Assembly (NCBI GenBank): GCA_044376975.1
Contig: JBILJY010000001.1
Span: 1-62,662 of the forward strand
Reading direction: 5' to 3'
DNA: 62,662 bases
Source of the DNA: Burkholderiaceae bacterium
GTDB taxonomy: Bacteria; Pseudomonadota; Gammaproteobacteria; Burkholderiales; Burkholderiaceae_B
In this document: piece by piece, positions 48,044-57,544 of the stretch
Layout: each line of letters opens with the position of its first letter
How positions within the stretch are numbered: position 1 is the stretch's first letter
Position numbers and translations under genes: made by a program
The notes under the pieces: generated by a model
Told to the model about the DNA's origin: nothing
Seen by the model: only the letters and a program-made list of their open reading frames with translations
Database searches by the model: none

Positions 48044-49240
48044 ATGAAAGAGCCGCTATCGATAGAAGTAGAGCGCATTGTTCCAGACAAGCCCAGCCTA
48101 CGAATGGCTGTGGTGACAGAGACGTACCCTCCAGATATCAACGGGGTTGCACACACTATTTCGATTGTCGTGACGGGACTACGTGAGCGCGGGCATGAGA
48201 TCACGCTCATTCGTCCACGTCGCCACGAAGAGCCCGTACATAGCGCGATGCCCGATGAACTGCTCGTGCGGGGCGCCCCAATCCCGATGTACAAGCAGCT
48301 CAGAATGGGTCTCCCCGCCTTAGGCAGCTTACGTAAACTCTGGACGACGAACCGTCCTGATCTTGTACATATCGCAACGCAAGGGCCACTCGGATGGTCC
48401 GCCGCTCGCGCGGCACACAAGCTTGGTATCCCTGTCAGTTCGGATTTCAGAACAAATTTTCACGCTTACAGCCAGCTTTATGGATTGGGCTGGCTAAAGA
48501 GCACCATCGTGTCCTATCTGCGAAAATTCCATAACGCTGCCCGTTGCACAATGGTACCCACGCAACGCTTGAAGGACGAGTTAGTCATTGGTGGTTTTGA
48601 ACGACTCATTGTGGTGCCACGAGGCGTCGACACAGAAAAGTTTTCGCCTGATCACCGAAATAACAAGTTACGCGCAACATGGGGCGCCAGCCCCAAAACG
48701 ACCGTTTTACTCTCAGTTGGTCGCCTTGCGGTTGAGAAGAATCTTAGCCTTGTAATCAACACCTATACCCGCCTCATACACGAAGGCGCTGAGGCAAAAC
48801 TAGTCTTCGTGGGCGATGGTCCAGAAGCAAGCGCACTGCAACGACTATGCCCAGATGCAATCTTCGCGGGCACGCGACGTGACCAGGAACTAGCGGAGCA
48901 CTATGCGAGCGCTGATTTGTTTGTGTTTCCGAGCTTGACGGAGACCTTCGGTAACGTCACGCTCGAAGCAATGGCTAGCGGTCTTTGCGTGGTGGCCTAC
49001 GATCATGCCGCAGCCGGCCAACTCATCGTCTCAGACAAGAATGGAATCCTTCTACCACCCAATGACGAGGAGGGATTTATCGCTGCGACCCAAGCGATCA
49101 CAGACGATGCGACCCATCGTGAGCAGATGCGTTTACAAGCGAGACAGACGGCGCTGAACAACAGCTGGAACATTATCCTGTCTCGCACCGAGGAAATTTT
49201 TCGATCATTAGTAGCGCTCAACAACTCCAAACAATCCTAG
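48044..49240 (+). CDS. GT4 glycosyltransferase (Agt-like glycolipid synthase)
   Basis: TETYPP.INGVA, HIAT.GPLG, RGVD, VGRLA.EKN, ETFGNV.LEAMASG. Confidence 0.85.
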   Translation: MKEPLSIEVERIVPDKPSLRMAVVTETYPPDINGVAHTISIVVTGLRERGHEITLIRPRRHEEPVHSAMPDELLVRGAPIPMYKQLRMGLPALGSLRKLWTTNRPDLVHIATQGPLGWSAARAAHKLGIPVSSDFRTNFHAYSQLYGLGWLKSTIVSYLRKFHNAARCTMVPTQRLKDELVIGGFERLIVVPRGVDTEKFSPDHRNNKLRATWGASPKTTVLLSVGRLAVEKNLSLVINTYTRLIHEGAEAKLVFVGDGPEASALQRLCPDAIFAGTRRDQELAEHYASADLFVFPSLTETFGNVTLEAMASGLCVVAYDHAAAGQLIVSDKNGILLPPNDEEGFIAATQAITDDATHREQMRLQARQTALNNSWNIILSRTEEIFRSLVALNNSKQS

Positions 49241-49262
49241 TCGTTTCAGGAAACCGATTCCT

Positions 49263-50084
49263 ATGGCCCCTCCCGAATACTTCATCCCAGAGCAGCGCCC
49301 TGAGAAATATCGCGCGATATGGATCTCGGATATTCATCTTGGTACGCCCGGCTGCAAGGCGGAGTATCTCTTAGATTTCTTAAGATGGAATGAATCGGAA
49401 CAACTTTACTTAGTCGGTGACATTATTGACGGTTGGCAGTTAAAAAAAGGGTGGTACTGGCGTCAAAGCCACAACGATGTTGTACAAAAAATACTCCGCA
49501 AGTCTAGGAAAGGAACGCGTGTTACCTACATCGCTGGGAATCATGACGAGGTGCTTCGTCAGTTCCTTGGGATGGCCTTTGGTGATATCGAGATTCTGGA
49601 TGAAGCAACGCACGAACTGTTAGATGGACGTCGCCTCTGGATCACACACGGAGACCTCTTTGACGGGATCATCCAGCACGCTAAATGGTTGGCTTATTTA
49701 GGAGACTCTCTCTACTCCTTCATTCTTAGGCTAAACAATTCTTTTAACCATGCGCGTCACAAGCTTGGGCTTTCTTACTGGTCACTATCCCAATACCTTA
49801 AGCATAAAGTCAAGAACGCAGTCTCGTTTATTACAGAGTTCGAGACAGTCTTAACGGACGAAGCCAGACGACGCGGCTACGACGGGGTGCTTTGCGGGCA
49901 TATCCATCGGCCCGAGATACGCGAAATAAATGGAATCCTATATTGCAATGACGGGGATTGGGTTGAGAGCCTCTCGGCCATAGTAGAGACCTACACCGGC
50001 GAACTAAGAGTCATTCATTGGCCCTATCGCGGCGCAGCGCAAGAGTCGGAATCGCCCGATCCAATCGTTGCTGTTCAGCGATGA
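49263..50084 (+). CDS. plcP: PlcP-type phospholipase C (LpxH-like metallophosphoesterase)
   Basis: SDIHLG, GDIIDGW, GNHD, HGD.FD, WSLS, CGHIH, NDGDWVES; adjacent GT4 and PHO box. Confidence 0.8.
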   Translation: MAPPEYFIPEQRPEKYRAIWISDIHLGTPGCKAEYLLDFLRWNESEQLYLVGDIIDGWQLKKGWYWRQSHNDVVQKILRKSRKGTRVTYIAGNHDEVLRQFLGMAFGDIEILDEATHELLDGRRLWITHGDLFDGIIQHAKWLAYLGDSLYSFILRLNNSFNHARHKLGLSYWSLSQYLKHKVKNAVSFITEFETVLTDEARRRGYDGVLCGHIHRPEIREINGILYCNDGDWVESLSAIVETYTGELRVIHWPYRGAAQESESPDPIVAVQR

Positions 50085-50101
50085 GAAAAATTTATTTCAG
50101 G

Positions 50102-50135
50102 GATTCATTGACTTGTAACAATCGGCATTTACAGT
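50102..50135 (+). promoter_or_regulatory. PHO box and -10 of the phn operon
   Basis: GATTCAT-TGAC-TTGTAAC, then 10 nt, then TACAGT (same geometry and -10 as the GT4 promoter). Confidence 0.6.
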
Positions 50136-50142
50136 TCGTGGC

Positions 50143-51033
50143 ATGAATCCATCCGGCATAACGCGATCACTGTCTGCAAGCCCAATGATTGTTGCAGAGA
50201 ATGTTTCTAAAACATTTCCTGCACTCGCGCACGGGCAGCAAAGTCACTTCAAAGCTCTCGATAGGATTTCATTCTCGATTGCTGCGGGGGAATGCGTCGC
50301 GCTTCTGGGCGCATCTGGCTCCGGAAAATCTACGCTGATTCGAATGATGTGCGGCTTAGCCCGAATGGATTCGGGTAGCGGTCACATTGCAATCGGCTCA
50401 AAGCTTGCGCTTCAAGGCGATCGATTTAGTGACGAGATCGCTCAAACGCGCAAGATAACTGGAGTGATTTTCCAGCAGTTCAATCTTGTCGGTCAACTCG
50501 ACGTGTTAACCAACGTATTGGTTGGTTGCCTACACACAAAAACCACCTTGGATGTGTTGTTCCGTCGATTTACAGAAGCTGAACGTGTCAAGGCGCTTGA
50601 ATGTCTCGACATGGTGGGACTAGGTCCACAAGCCTATCAGCGCGCCTCAACACTCTCGGGCGGACAGCAACAGCGAGTCGCCGTAGCCAGAGCACTGCTC
50701 AAGGGGGCGAAAGTCCTTTTAGCGGATGAGCCCGTCGCATCACTTGATCCAGAGTCGGCACGAAAAGTCATGGATGTACTTTTTGGACTGACAAAAGAAC
50801 TGGGTATGACGCTTGTGGTGAGTTTGCATCAAATTTCAATTGCTCGAACCTACTGCCAAAGAGCCCTCGGGATGAGTCGTGGACGACTTGTGTATGACGG
50901 ACCCATTACAGATCTCACGGAACAACGCCTGAATCAGCTGTACGGGGCTGATGCTCAAGAACTTTTGATGAGCGAGCCCTCAGCTGAACAGCATATCAAC
51001 GAAATTACAAGCAATTCCCTTGTCAACGCTTAA
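50143..51033 (+). CDS. phnC: Phosphonate ABC transporter ATPase
   Basis: GASGSGKST, FQQFNLV, LSGGQQQR, ADEPVASLDP, SLHQ. Confidence 0.93.
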   Translation: MNPSGITRSLSASPMIVAENVSKTFPALAHGQQSHFKALDRISFSIAAGECVALLGASGSGKSTLIRMMCGLARMDSGSGHIAIGSKLALQGDRFSDEIAQTRKITGVIFQQFNLVGQLDVLTNVLVGCLHTKTTLDVLFRRFTEAERVKALECLDMVGLGPQAYQRASTLSGGQQQRVAVARALLKGAKVLLADEPVASLDPESARKVMDVLFGLTKELGMTLVVSLHQISIARTYCQRALGMSRGRLVYDGPITDLTEQRLNQLYGADAQELLMSEPSAEQHINEITSNSLVNA

Positions 51034-51054
51034 ATTATTTAACTGGAGAATTAC

Positions 51055-52002
51055 ATGAAGCTTAAACACTTGGTGCTGGGCGCTTGCCTAGCCGTCAGCA
51101 GTGCAATTGCCTTCGCGCAAGAGGTGTCATTCGGCATTATCGCAACAGACTCAGCCTCTGCACAACGCGAAAAATGGGAACCATTCTTCAAAGATATGGA
51201 GAAGAAGACCGGCCTGAAGATCAAGTCCTTCTACGCAACAGACTACGCCGGCGTGATTGAAGCGATGCGCTTCAATAAGGTCCAAGTTGCTTGGTACGGC
51301 AATAAAGCTGCAATGGAAGCGGTAGATCGTGCAAATGGTGAAATCTTCGCGCAGTTGATGTACGCCGACGGAAGCTTTGGTTACGAGGCACTTTTAATTA
51401 CACACAAAGACTCGCCCTACAAAACCCTAGACGATGTGTTTAAGAATCCGAAGGCTGTGAATTTTGGTATCGGTGATCCAAACTCGACATCAGGCTTCTT
51501 AGTGCCGACCTACTACGTGTTTGCAGCTCGCAAAGTCGATCCACGTGCCATCTTTAAAACTGTCCGTAACGGCAGCCATGGCAACAACATTCAAGCGGTC
51601 CTTGCCAAGCAACTCGACGTTGCTACAAACAACACAGAAGATATGGGTCGCTTACAGGCTACCCGTCCTGACTTGTACAATCAGCTGCGTATCATCTGGA
51701 AAAGCCCTTTGATTCCTAGCGATCCGTTTGTATGGCGCAAAGATCTGGATCCCGCCATCAAGGAAAAGATTCGTACGTTCGTTTTGAACTATGCCAAGAC
51801 AGACGAAGCGGAAAAACTGATCTTGAAGAACATCTATAACTATGGTGGCTTCCGCGCTTCAACAAACGACCAGCTCAAGCCAATTCGCCAACTCGAACTG
51901 TTCAAAGATCGTGTGAAATTTGAAACGGCACAGGGTCTCAGTGACGCCGAGCGTGCAGCAAAGCTTGCTGAAATTGATCAGGCGCTCGCAAAGCTTAACT
52001 AA
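51055..52002 (+). CDS. phnD: Phosphonate ABC substrate-binding protein
   Basis: [41 protein letters not shown]. Confidence 0.93.
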   Translation: MKLKHLVLGACLAVSSAIAFAQEVSFGIIATDSASAQREKWEPFFKDMEKKTGLKIKSFYATDYAGVIEAMRFNKVQVAWYGNKAAMEAVDRANGEIFAQLMYADGSFGYEALLITHKDSPYKTLDDVFKNPKAVNFGIGDPNSTSGFLVPTYYVFAARKVDPRAIFKTVRNGSHGNNIQAVLAKQLDVATNNTEDMGRLQATRPDLYNQLRIIWKSPLIPSDPFVWRKDLDPAIKEKIRTFVLNYAKTDEAEKLILKNIYNYGGFRASTNDQLKPIRQLELFKDRVKFETAQGLSDAERAAKLAEIDQALAKLN

Positions 52003-52814
52003 TGGCCTCGACATACCAAATGGACGCGCTCGAACGTATTCGAGCGCACGCTCAGTCTAGTCGCCGTGGCCCAATGTATTATGCCGGCTGGGTCATTGCA
52101 ATCGTTGTTGCAGGCTGGGCGTGGCAGGGGGCAGAAATTCGCCCCCTGGATTTGGTAAAGCATTCGGGAAACATCGTCACGCTTGGACGTGACTTTTTCC
52201 CGCCGAATTTCATGGATTGGCGCATCTATATCAAAGAGATGATTGTGACAATCCACATTGCACTGTGGGGGACGCTTTTAGCGATTGCTGCATCTATCCC
52301 GCTTGGATTTTTGTGCGCCTCCAACGTCGTCAGCCCTGTTATCTATCAACCGACCCGCAGACTGATGGATGCGTTGCGAGCTGTCAATGAGATGGTGTTT
52401 GCCCTCCTCTTTATCGTGGCGGTTGGGCTAGGTCCCTTTGCAGGCGTCCTTGCACTTTTTGTCCACACGACTGGCACGCTCACCAAGCTGTTTTCTGAAG
52501 CGGTTGAAGCCATTGATCCACGACCTGTTGAAGGAATCCGGGCCGCAGGAGGCTCTCGCTTAGCAGAGATCGTATTTGGCATCGTTCCCCAGGTCTTGCC
52601 AATGTGGATTTCCTTCTGTCTTTATCGCTTCGAGTCCAATGTGCGTTCAGCCTCGGTGGTCGGTATGGTTGGTGCAGGCGGCATTGGCGTCATTCTGTAT
52701 GAAGTTATTCGAAGTTTTCAATACGCGCAAACTTGTGCTGTCTTATTGATTCTGATCGCCTCGGTCACTGTTATCGATGTCATCTCGGCGTATCTTCGCA
52801 AACAGGTCACTTGA
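52002..52814 (+). CDS. phnE: Phosphonate ABC permease
   Basis: [37 protein letters not shown]. Confidence 0.93.
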   Translation: MASTYQMDALERIRAHAQSSRRGPMYYAGWVIAIVVAGWAWQGAEIRPLDLVKHSGNIVTLGRDFFPPNFMDWRIYIKEMIVTIHIALWGTLLAIAASIPLGFLCASNVVSPVIYQPTRRLMDALRAVNEMVFALLFIVAVGLGPFAGVLALFVHTTGTLTKLFSEAVEAIDPRPVEGIRAAGGSRLAEIVFGIVPQVLPMWISFCLYRFESNVRSASVVGMVGAGGIGVILYEVIRSFQYAQTCAVLLILIASVTVIDVISAYLRKQVT

Positions 52815-53899
52815 TGCTAACCAAACCAGAGATCATCATCTCCACTGGGGCACGACATAAGTTGCCTCAACTCGTAAAGCAACATCCTGTCGTTGCGTTG
52901 ATTTATCATCACGCTTCTGAGACGCTAGTCGATGAGCTACAAACTCTTCTTGGACCAAACCTCTTGAAGGTTATCCGTTGTCCCGACGGACTGCCGACCG
53001 TCGAGCTTGCGGATAGCCTGAGACGAGATTTTTGGGACATACACACTAGACGCGACTTACCGATCATCGTTGCAATCGGCGGAGGCAGTACACTCGATCT
53101 GGCCAAATCACTTCGGCTGAATATACCCCACCCAGCCTCTATCACCTCGGTTCTAGATCGCAAAATCGAAGTCGGTGAATTCGAAAGCTGCTCGATGATC
53201 CTGATGCCAACTACGGCAGGCACGGGCAGTGAGGTCTCCTCAACCGCCACCATATGGGATATCGAGAACAGAACCAAGCACTCTCTTTTTGGTCCTGCCG
53301 TCGTGGCCGACTGGGCAGTCATTGACCCAGAACTTGCCTTGACCTCACCCTGGCTAGTGACGCGAGACAGCGGCATTGATGCTCTATCTCATGCACTTGA
53401 AACGATTTGGAATCGTAACCGTGTACCAAAGGCATTCGCCTACGCGATGTCTGCGGCGCAACAGATCGTAAAAGTATTGCCGCAGATTATGGAAAACCCC
53501 GAGGATCTTTCGTATCGCTTCGATATGGCTAGCGCAGCACTCTGGGCAGGTCAGGCGATGGCGCTAACTGAAACCGCCCTCGTTCACGCGCTTTCGTACG
53601 ATGATACGACTGGGCTCGGGTTGTCGCACGGACAAGCATGCGGCCGCTGGTTGCCCAAGGTCTACCAACTAGCCAGTCAGAGCTCCGAAGAGATGGAGAT
53701 CTTCTTACGCGCGGCAATGCAACCTATGATTTCTGATGAGTACCAATTAGCGGCTTGGGTCAATGCTCTTGGCTGCCCGACCGTCTCTCTCGATGATCAC
53801 AGCATCGAAACCGAACGCCGCATTGCCTGCGCTTTACACACAAAGCGTGGTCGTAACTTCATTGAATTATCCCCACAACATGCACTCCAAAAAGTATGA
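52814..53899 (+). CDS. Iron-containing alcohol dehydrogenase, phosphonoacetaldehyde reductase-like
   Basis: GGGS.LD, PTTAGTGSE, DALSHALE, HALSY, HG.AC; TGATG coupling to phnE. Confidence 0.82.
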   Translation: MLTKPEIIISTGARHKLPQLVKQHPVVALIYHHASETLVDELQTLLGPNLLKVIRCPDGLPTVELADSLRRDFWDIHTRRDLPIIVAIGGGSTLDLAKSLRLNIPHPASITSVLDRKIEVGEFESCSMILMPTTAGTGSEVSSTATIWDIENRTKHSLFGPAVVADWAVIDPELALTSPWLVTRDSGIDALSHALETIWNRNRVPKAFAYAMSAAQQIVKVLPQIMENPEDLSYRFDMASAALWAGQAMALTETALVHALSYDDTTGLGLSHGQACGRWLPKVYQLASQSSEEMEIFLRAAMQPMISDEYQLAAWVNALGCPTVSLDDHSIETERRIACALHTKRGRNFIELSPQHALQKV

Positions 53900-55010
53900 T
53901 CTGGTCGTTGTTGGCGCAGGAATCGTCGGTCTGGCGCACGCTTGGATGGCCGCCAAGTCCGGCCTAAGCGTTGTGGTCCTGGACAAGGATCCGCGCTGTG
54001 TAGGCGCCTCCATCCGAAACTTTGGCTTCATCACAGTGACAGGTCAACGAGACGGCGACACTTGGCGTCGCGCAAGACGCTCGCGCGATTTATGGCAAGA
54101 ACTTTCACGCGCGGCAGCGATCCCGATTTGCCATCACGGGCTTACCCTTGTGGCGCAACGGCCAGAGGCCTTAGCCGTGCTAGAAGCCTTCAAAGACACA
54201 CAAATGGGCGAAGAGTGTTCGTTGCTCACACAAGACATGTTGGCAAAAACATGCGGCGCTGTGCGCACCGAGTCCTGTGTAGGGGGCATGTACAGCCCAC
54301 ACGAACTTCGCGTCGAGTCACGCGATGCCATTCCCCAAATTGCCGCTTGGCTTGCGAAAACGCACAATGTTGAGTTTTTGTATAACTGCGAAGTCCTAGA
54401 TTTTGCATTGCCGCACATTCAAACGTCGTCAGGCACTCTCCAGGCCCAACGCATCGCCCTCTGTCCGGGCACTGAAGTCAATGGCGTTGCAAAACGCTAT
54501 CTTCAAGACTATCAACTAACCTTAACGCAGTTACAAATGCTCCGAGTCAAGCCTCCGGCAAACTTCAAGCTTAGCTCCGCTGTCATGAGCGACTTGAGCT
54601 TTGTGCGTTATGCCGGGTACACAGGGCTTGACTGTCATCAGGAATTATTGCAGCGACTTGAGAAAGAGACACCTGATTCACTGGCAGCGGGTATCCATCT
54701 GATCGTCGTTCAAAGCGAAGACGGCAGCCTTGTCGTAGGCGACTCACATCATCCTGCCAACCTATTCGAACCCTATGCAATCGAATCGGTGGATGACTTA
54801 ATTTTGAAGCACCTTGAAGAAGCGCTCTTACTCACCAACTACGACGTCACGCATCGCTGGACCGGTCGCTATCCTGTTGGAGCCGGCGATCAAGATGCGC
54901 TAATCCTGGCACCACACGCTGATGTCCGCGTCGTAAGTGTCACAAGTGGGACCGGCGCTAGCACTTCCTTTGCACTGGCCGAAGAAGTTATGCAATCCTG
55001 GGGAATCTAA
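53880..55010 (+). CDS. TIGR03364-type FAD-dependent oxidoreductase (DAO family, phosphonate-associated)
   Basis: VGAGIVGLAHA, GASIRNFG, E.RVE.R.A, GIHLIV.Q..DG.LV.GDSH, W.G.Y. Confidence 0.85.
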   Translation: MHSKKYDLVVVGAGIVGLAHAWMAAKSGLSVVVLDKDPRCVGASIRNFGFITVTGQRDGDTWRRARRSRDLWQELSRAAAIPICHHGLTLVAQRPEALAVLEAFKDTQMGEECSLLTQDMLAKTCGAVRTESCVGGMYSPHELRVESRDAIPQIAAWLAKTHNVEFLYNCEVLDFALPHIQTSSGTLQAQRIALCPGTEVNGVAKRYLQDYQLTLTQLQMLRVKPPANFKLSSAVMSDLSFVRYAGYTGLDCHQELLQRLEKETPDSLAAGIHLIVVQSEDGSLVVGDSHHPANLFEPYAIESVDDLILKHLEEALLLTNYDVTHRWTGRYPVGAGDQDALILAPHADVRVVSVTSGTGASTSFALAEEVMQSWGI

Positions 55011-55017
55011 CGTGCTG

Positions 55018-55830
55018 ATGTTTGACGAGGGCAGTAACTCAATTCGAGCAGTCGTATTTGACTGGGCAGGCACCATCTTTGACTTTGGTAGTCACGCACC
55101 GATGGGTGCTTTTGTTAAATTATTTGAGCAGGAAGGCATTCGCATCTCGATTGATGACGCCCGCGGTCCGATGGGTATGCCAAAGTGGGATCATATTCAC
55201 ACCCTTGGCCAACTGGAGCATATTCAGGCGCAATGGCTAGCTAAATTCGGGCGTCTGTTTTCTGAACGCGACACTGACCGCTTGTACGATATTTTTACAC
55301 CCATGAACGCCGCATCGGTCGTAGAACATGCAGCGCTCATTCCGGGCTTCTTGGAACTAGCTTCTGACTTGCGTGCAACAGGGATCAAAATCGGCACGAC
55401 GACTGGCTACAACCGCCAGATTATGAACGTGGTGCTTCCTCTCGTGAAAGCCCAAGGCTTTGTTCCCGATAATCTAGTTTGCGCCGATGATCTCCCGACG
55501 TCGCGCCCAACTCCGATGGGGATGTACAAGTGCTTTTTAGATCTTGATGTGTGGCCAAGCAGGTCGGTTGTGAAAGTAGATGACACGGTACCTGGCCTGC
55601 TTGAGGGTTATCACAGTGACTGCTGGACAGTGGGCGTCATTGCAAGCGGCAATGAAGCCGGTCTCACCCATTCTCAATGGAAGAGTCTCTCAGAGGCTGA
55701 AAAGGTAACCTTAAGGGAGCGCGTGGCGAAACGCCTAGCAGCTGGGCATCCAGATTTCCTGATCGATACCGTGGCTGACTTACCCCAGACCTTGCAGAAA
55801 ATTCAACAACTGCTGAATCAGAGAAAATGA
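55018..55830 (+). CDS. phnX: Phosphonoacetaldehyde hydrolase
   Basis: FDWAGT..DFGS.AP, MG.PKWDHI (Schiff-base Lys), TTGY, RP.P, KVDDT. Confidence 0.93.
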   Translation: MFDEGSNSIRAVVFDWAGTIFDFGSHAPMGAFVKLFEQEGIRISIDDARGPMGMPKWDHIHTLGQLEHIQAQWLAKFGRLFSERDTDRLYDIFTPMNAASVVEHAALIPGFLELASDLRATGIKIGTTTGYNRQIMNVVLPLVKAQGFVPDNLVCADDLPTSRPTPMGMYKCFLDLDVWPSRSVVKVDDTVPGLLEGYHSDCWTVGVIASGNEAGLTHSQWKSLSEAEKVTLRERVAKRLAAGHPDFLIDTVADLPQTLQKIQQLLNQRK

Positions 55831-56396
55831 AGATTCACTCCATTGAAGATATCGAGCAATTATTTCTTGATGCAGGTCACGTTGCTTACGCTGGCGAGGG
55901 AATCAATCAACTCGAACACGCGCTGCAGTGCGGTCAACTCGCAGAGCAAGCAGGCGCTAGCGCCTCGCTGATTACGGCAGCCTTCCTACATGACATCGGA
56001 CACATGCTTAACCCCAAAGGCGATACACCTTCGGCACGAGGCATCGATGATCAACATCAGTTCATCGCGAGCCATCAGCTAAAGTCGCTATTCCAACAGG
56101 ATGTTGTTGCTCCCGTGCACCTTCACGTGCTGGGTAAACGTGCCCTCTGTGCAATCGAAGTCGAGTACTACGGCTCACTATCCCCAGACTCCAAGCGCAG
56201 CATGGCTCTTCAGGGCGGCCCTCTGAGCGCCCGTGAGCTCGAGAAATTTTTAGCTATGCCTTATGCTGAAGATGCCATGGCACTGAGGCGCTGGGATGAT
56301 CTTGCCAAAACACCTAATCGTCAAACTCCCGCCCTAGATCACTTCTTACAGATCGCAAGATCTGTTTGCGTTACGCCATCTGGCTTGAATCAATAA
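55827..56396 (+). CDS. phnZ: PhnZ-like HD-domain diiron oxygenase
   Basis: Y.GE.I.QLEHALQ, LHDIGH, H, LHV, LS.DS..S..LQGG, LR.WDD.AK. Confidence 0.78.
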   Translation: MKIHSIEDIEQLFLDAGHVAYAGEGINQLEHALQCGQLAEQAGASASLITAAFLHDIGHMLNPKGDTPSARGIDDQHQFIASHQLKSLFQQDVVAPVHLHVLGKRALCAIEVEYYGSLSPDSKRSMALQGGPLSARELEKFLAMPYAEDAMALRRWDDLAKTPNRQTPALDHFLQIARSVCVTPSGLNQ

Positions 56397-57501
56397 TTTT
56401 TTCAAGCGCAGTCACTACCTCAAACACTGCTCGATTCTGCACACGGCCCACCGCTTCTTGAAACACCGGCAGCTTAGCTAAGAGCTCTTGGGTCGCACCC
56501 TTTATCTCACGCACTTGCGAGACCACGATCCCAAACTGATTCTCACGTATCCAGGTTGCGTTATAACGCTCTTGAGGCATGGTTAAAGCGTTTCTGAAGG
56601 TCAAGACTGGCAAACCCATGTGAACGGCCTCGCTCAAGCTACCTGGACCAGGCTTACCGATCAGGAAGTCGCTCAGGCGCATGACCTGAGCCATATCGCT
56701 TGTAAAACCTAATACGACATGTTTGACCGAAGGCGTCAGTGCTTCTATTTTTTTCGCTAAGAGAGCATTGTGGCCGCAAACCAAAATGAGTTGTGTCTCC
56801 GAAAGATCTTTCGCGATACGCAACATCTGAATCGAGCCATTGCCACCGAACATCACCAGACCGATCGGCTTCGTCGAATCCAGACCAAGCCGTGCGCACT
56901 CTTGAGCGCGATCCAACTTAGCGGTTTGATAAAAACCCGGGCGCAAAATCATGCCCGAGGTTTGGGTGAGCTGATGACTTTGGTATCCAGCCGCCCTAGC
57001 CTGCGTCATTGCGCGGGCTGATCCGCAAATTAAATGTTGCTCTTGCCCTGCCTCTATCCAGAAATGGGGAGGATGATCAGCAATATCTGTCATCACGGTC
57101 ACATAGGGCACGGTCGGACACTCTTGATAAAGAGCATCCCACATCACTTTATTGAAATTCGGCACTAGCGACACCACCATATCGGGCCGTGTCGCTCTCC
57201 AGTGCTGCTGTAACTTTCGCTTCAGCTTTGCGTGACTCAAGCGAATAAGCGCCTGCAAAACCTTGAGTTCTGTTGCCAAGCCAAGCGTCCAGCCCTTCTT
57301 CAGTCTCAAGTTGTAGAGGTCTTCCGGTGCAAAGCCCGTTAGTTTTTGAAAATAACGTTCTGTGTCAATCACCTCAAAGAGATTGACAAGACTGACCTCC
57401 CAATCAGAATGCTCGGTCGCAATGACTTCTTCAAGTGCAAGTGCAGCGGCACGATGGCCGCCACCCGCATTGAAGTAAATAAGTTGGATTTTTTTTTGCA
57501 T
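56371..57501 (-). CDS. GT28 MGDG-synthase-like diacylglycerol glycosyltransferase
   Basis: GGGHRAAA, VMTD, FGG.G, VCG.N, KPGPGS..EA, QE.YN. Confidence 0.85.
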   Translation of the reverse strand: MQKKIQLIYFNAGGGHRAAALALEEVIATEHSDWEVSLVNLFEVIDTERYFQKLTGFAPEDLYNLRLKKGWTLGLATELKVLQALIRLSHAKLKRKLQQHWRATRPDMVVSLVPNFNKVMWDALYQECPTVPYVTVMTDIADHPPHFWIEAGQEQHLICGSARAMTQARAAGYQSHQLTQTSGMILRPGFYQTAKLDRAQECARLGLDSTKPIGLVMFGGNGSIQMLRIAKDLSETQLILVCGHNALLAKKIEALTPSVKHVVLGFTSDMAQVMRLSDFLIGKPGPGSLSEAVHMGLPVLTFRNALTMPQERYNATWIRENQFGIVVSQVREIKGATQELLAKLPVFQEAVGRVQNRAVFEVVTALEKIIDSSQMA

Positions 57502-57525
57502 GTCCCAATAGCATGCGACCGCTAC

Positions 57526-57543
57526 ATGTCAAACGTATGACAA
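57526..57543 (-). promoter_or_regulatory. PHO box of the GT28 gene
   Basis: TTGTCAT-ACGT-TTGACAT, then 10 nt, then CATGCT. Confidence 0.72.
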
Positions 57544-57544
57544 A

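Noticed and set aside
49263-50084. Calling this gene lpxH (lipid A synthesis)
   Set aside because: GNHD (not GNRD), NDGDWVES, GT4 neighbour and PHO box match PlcP.
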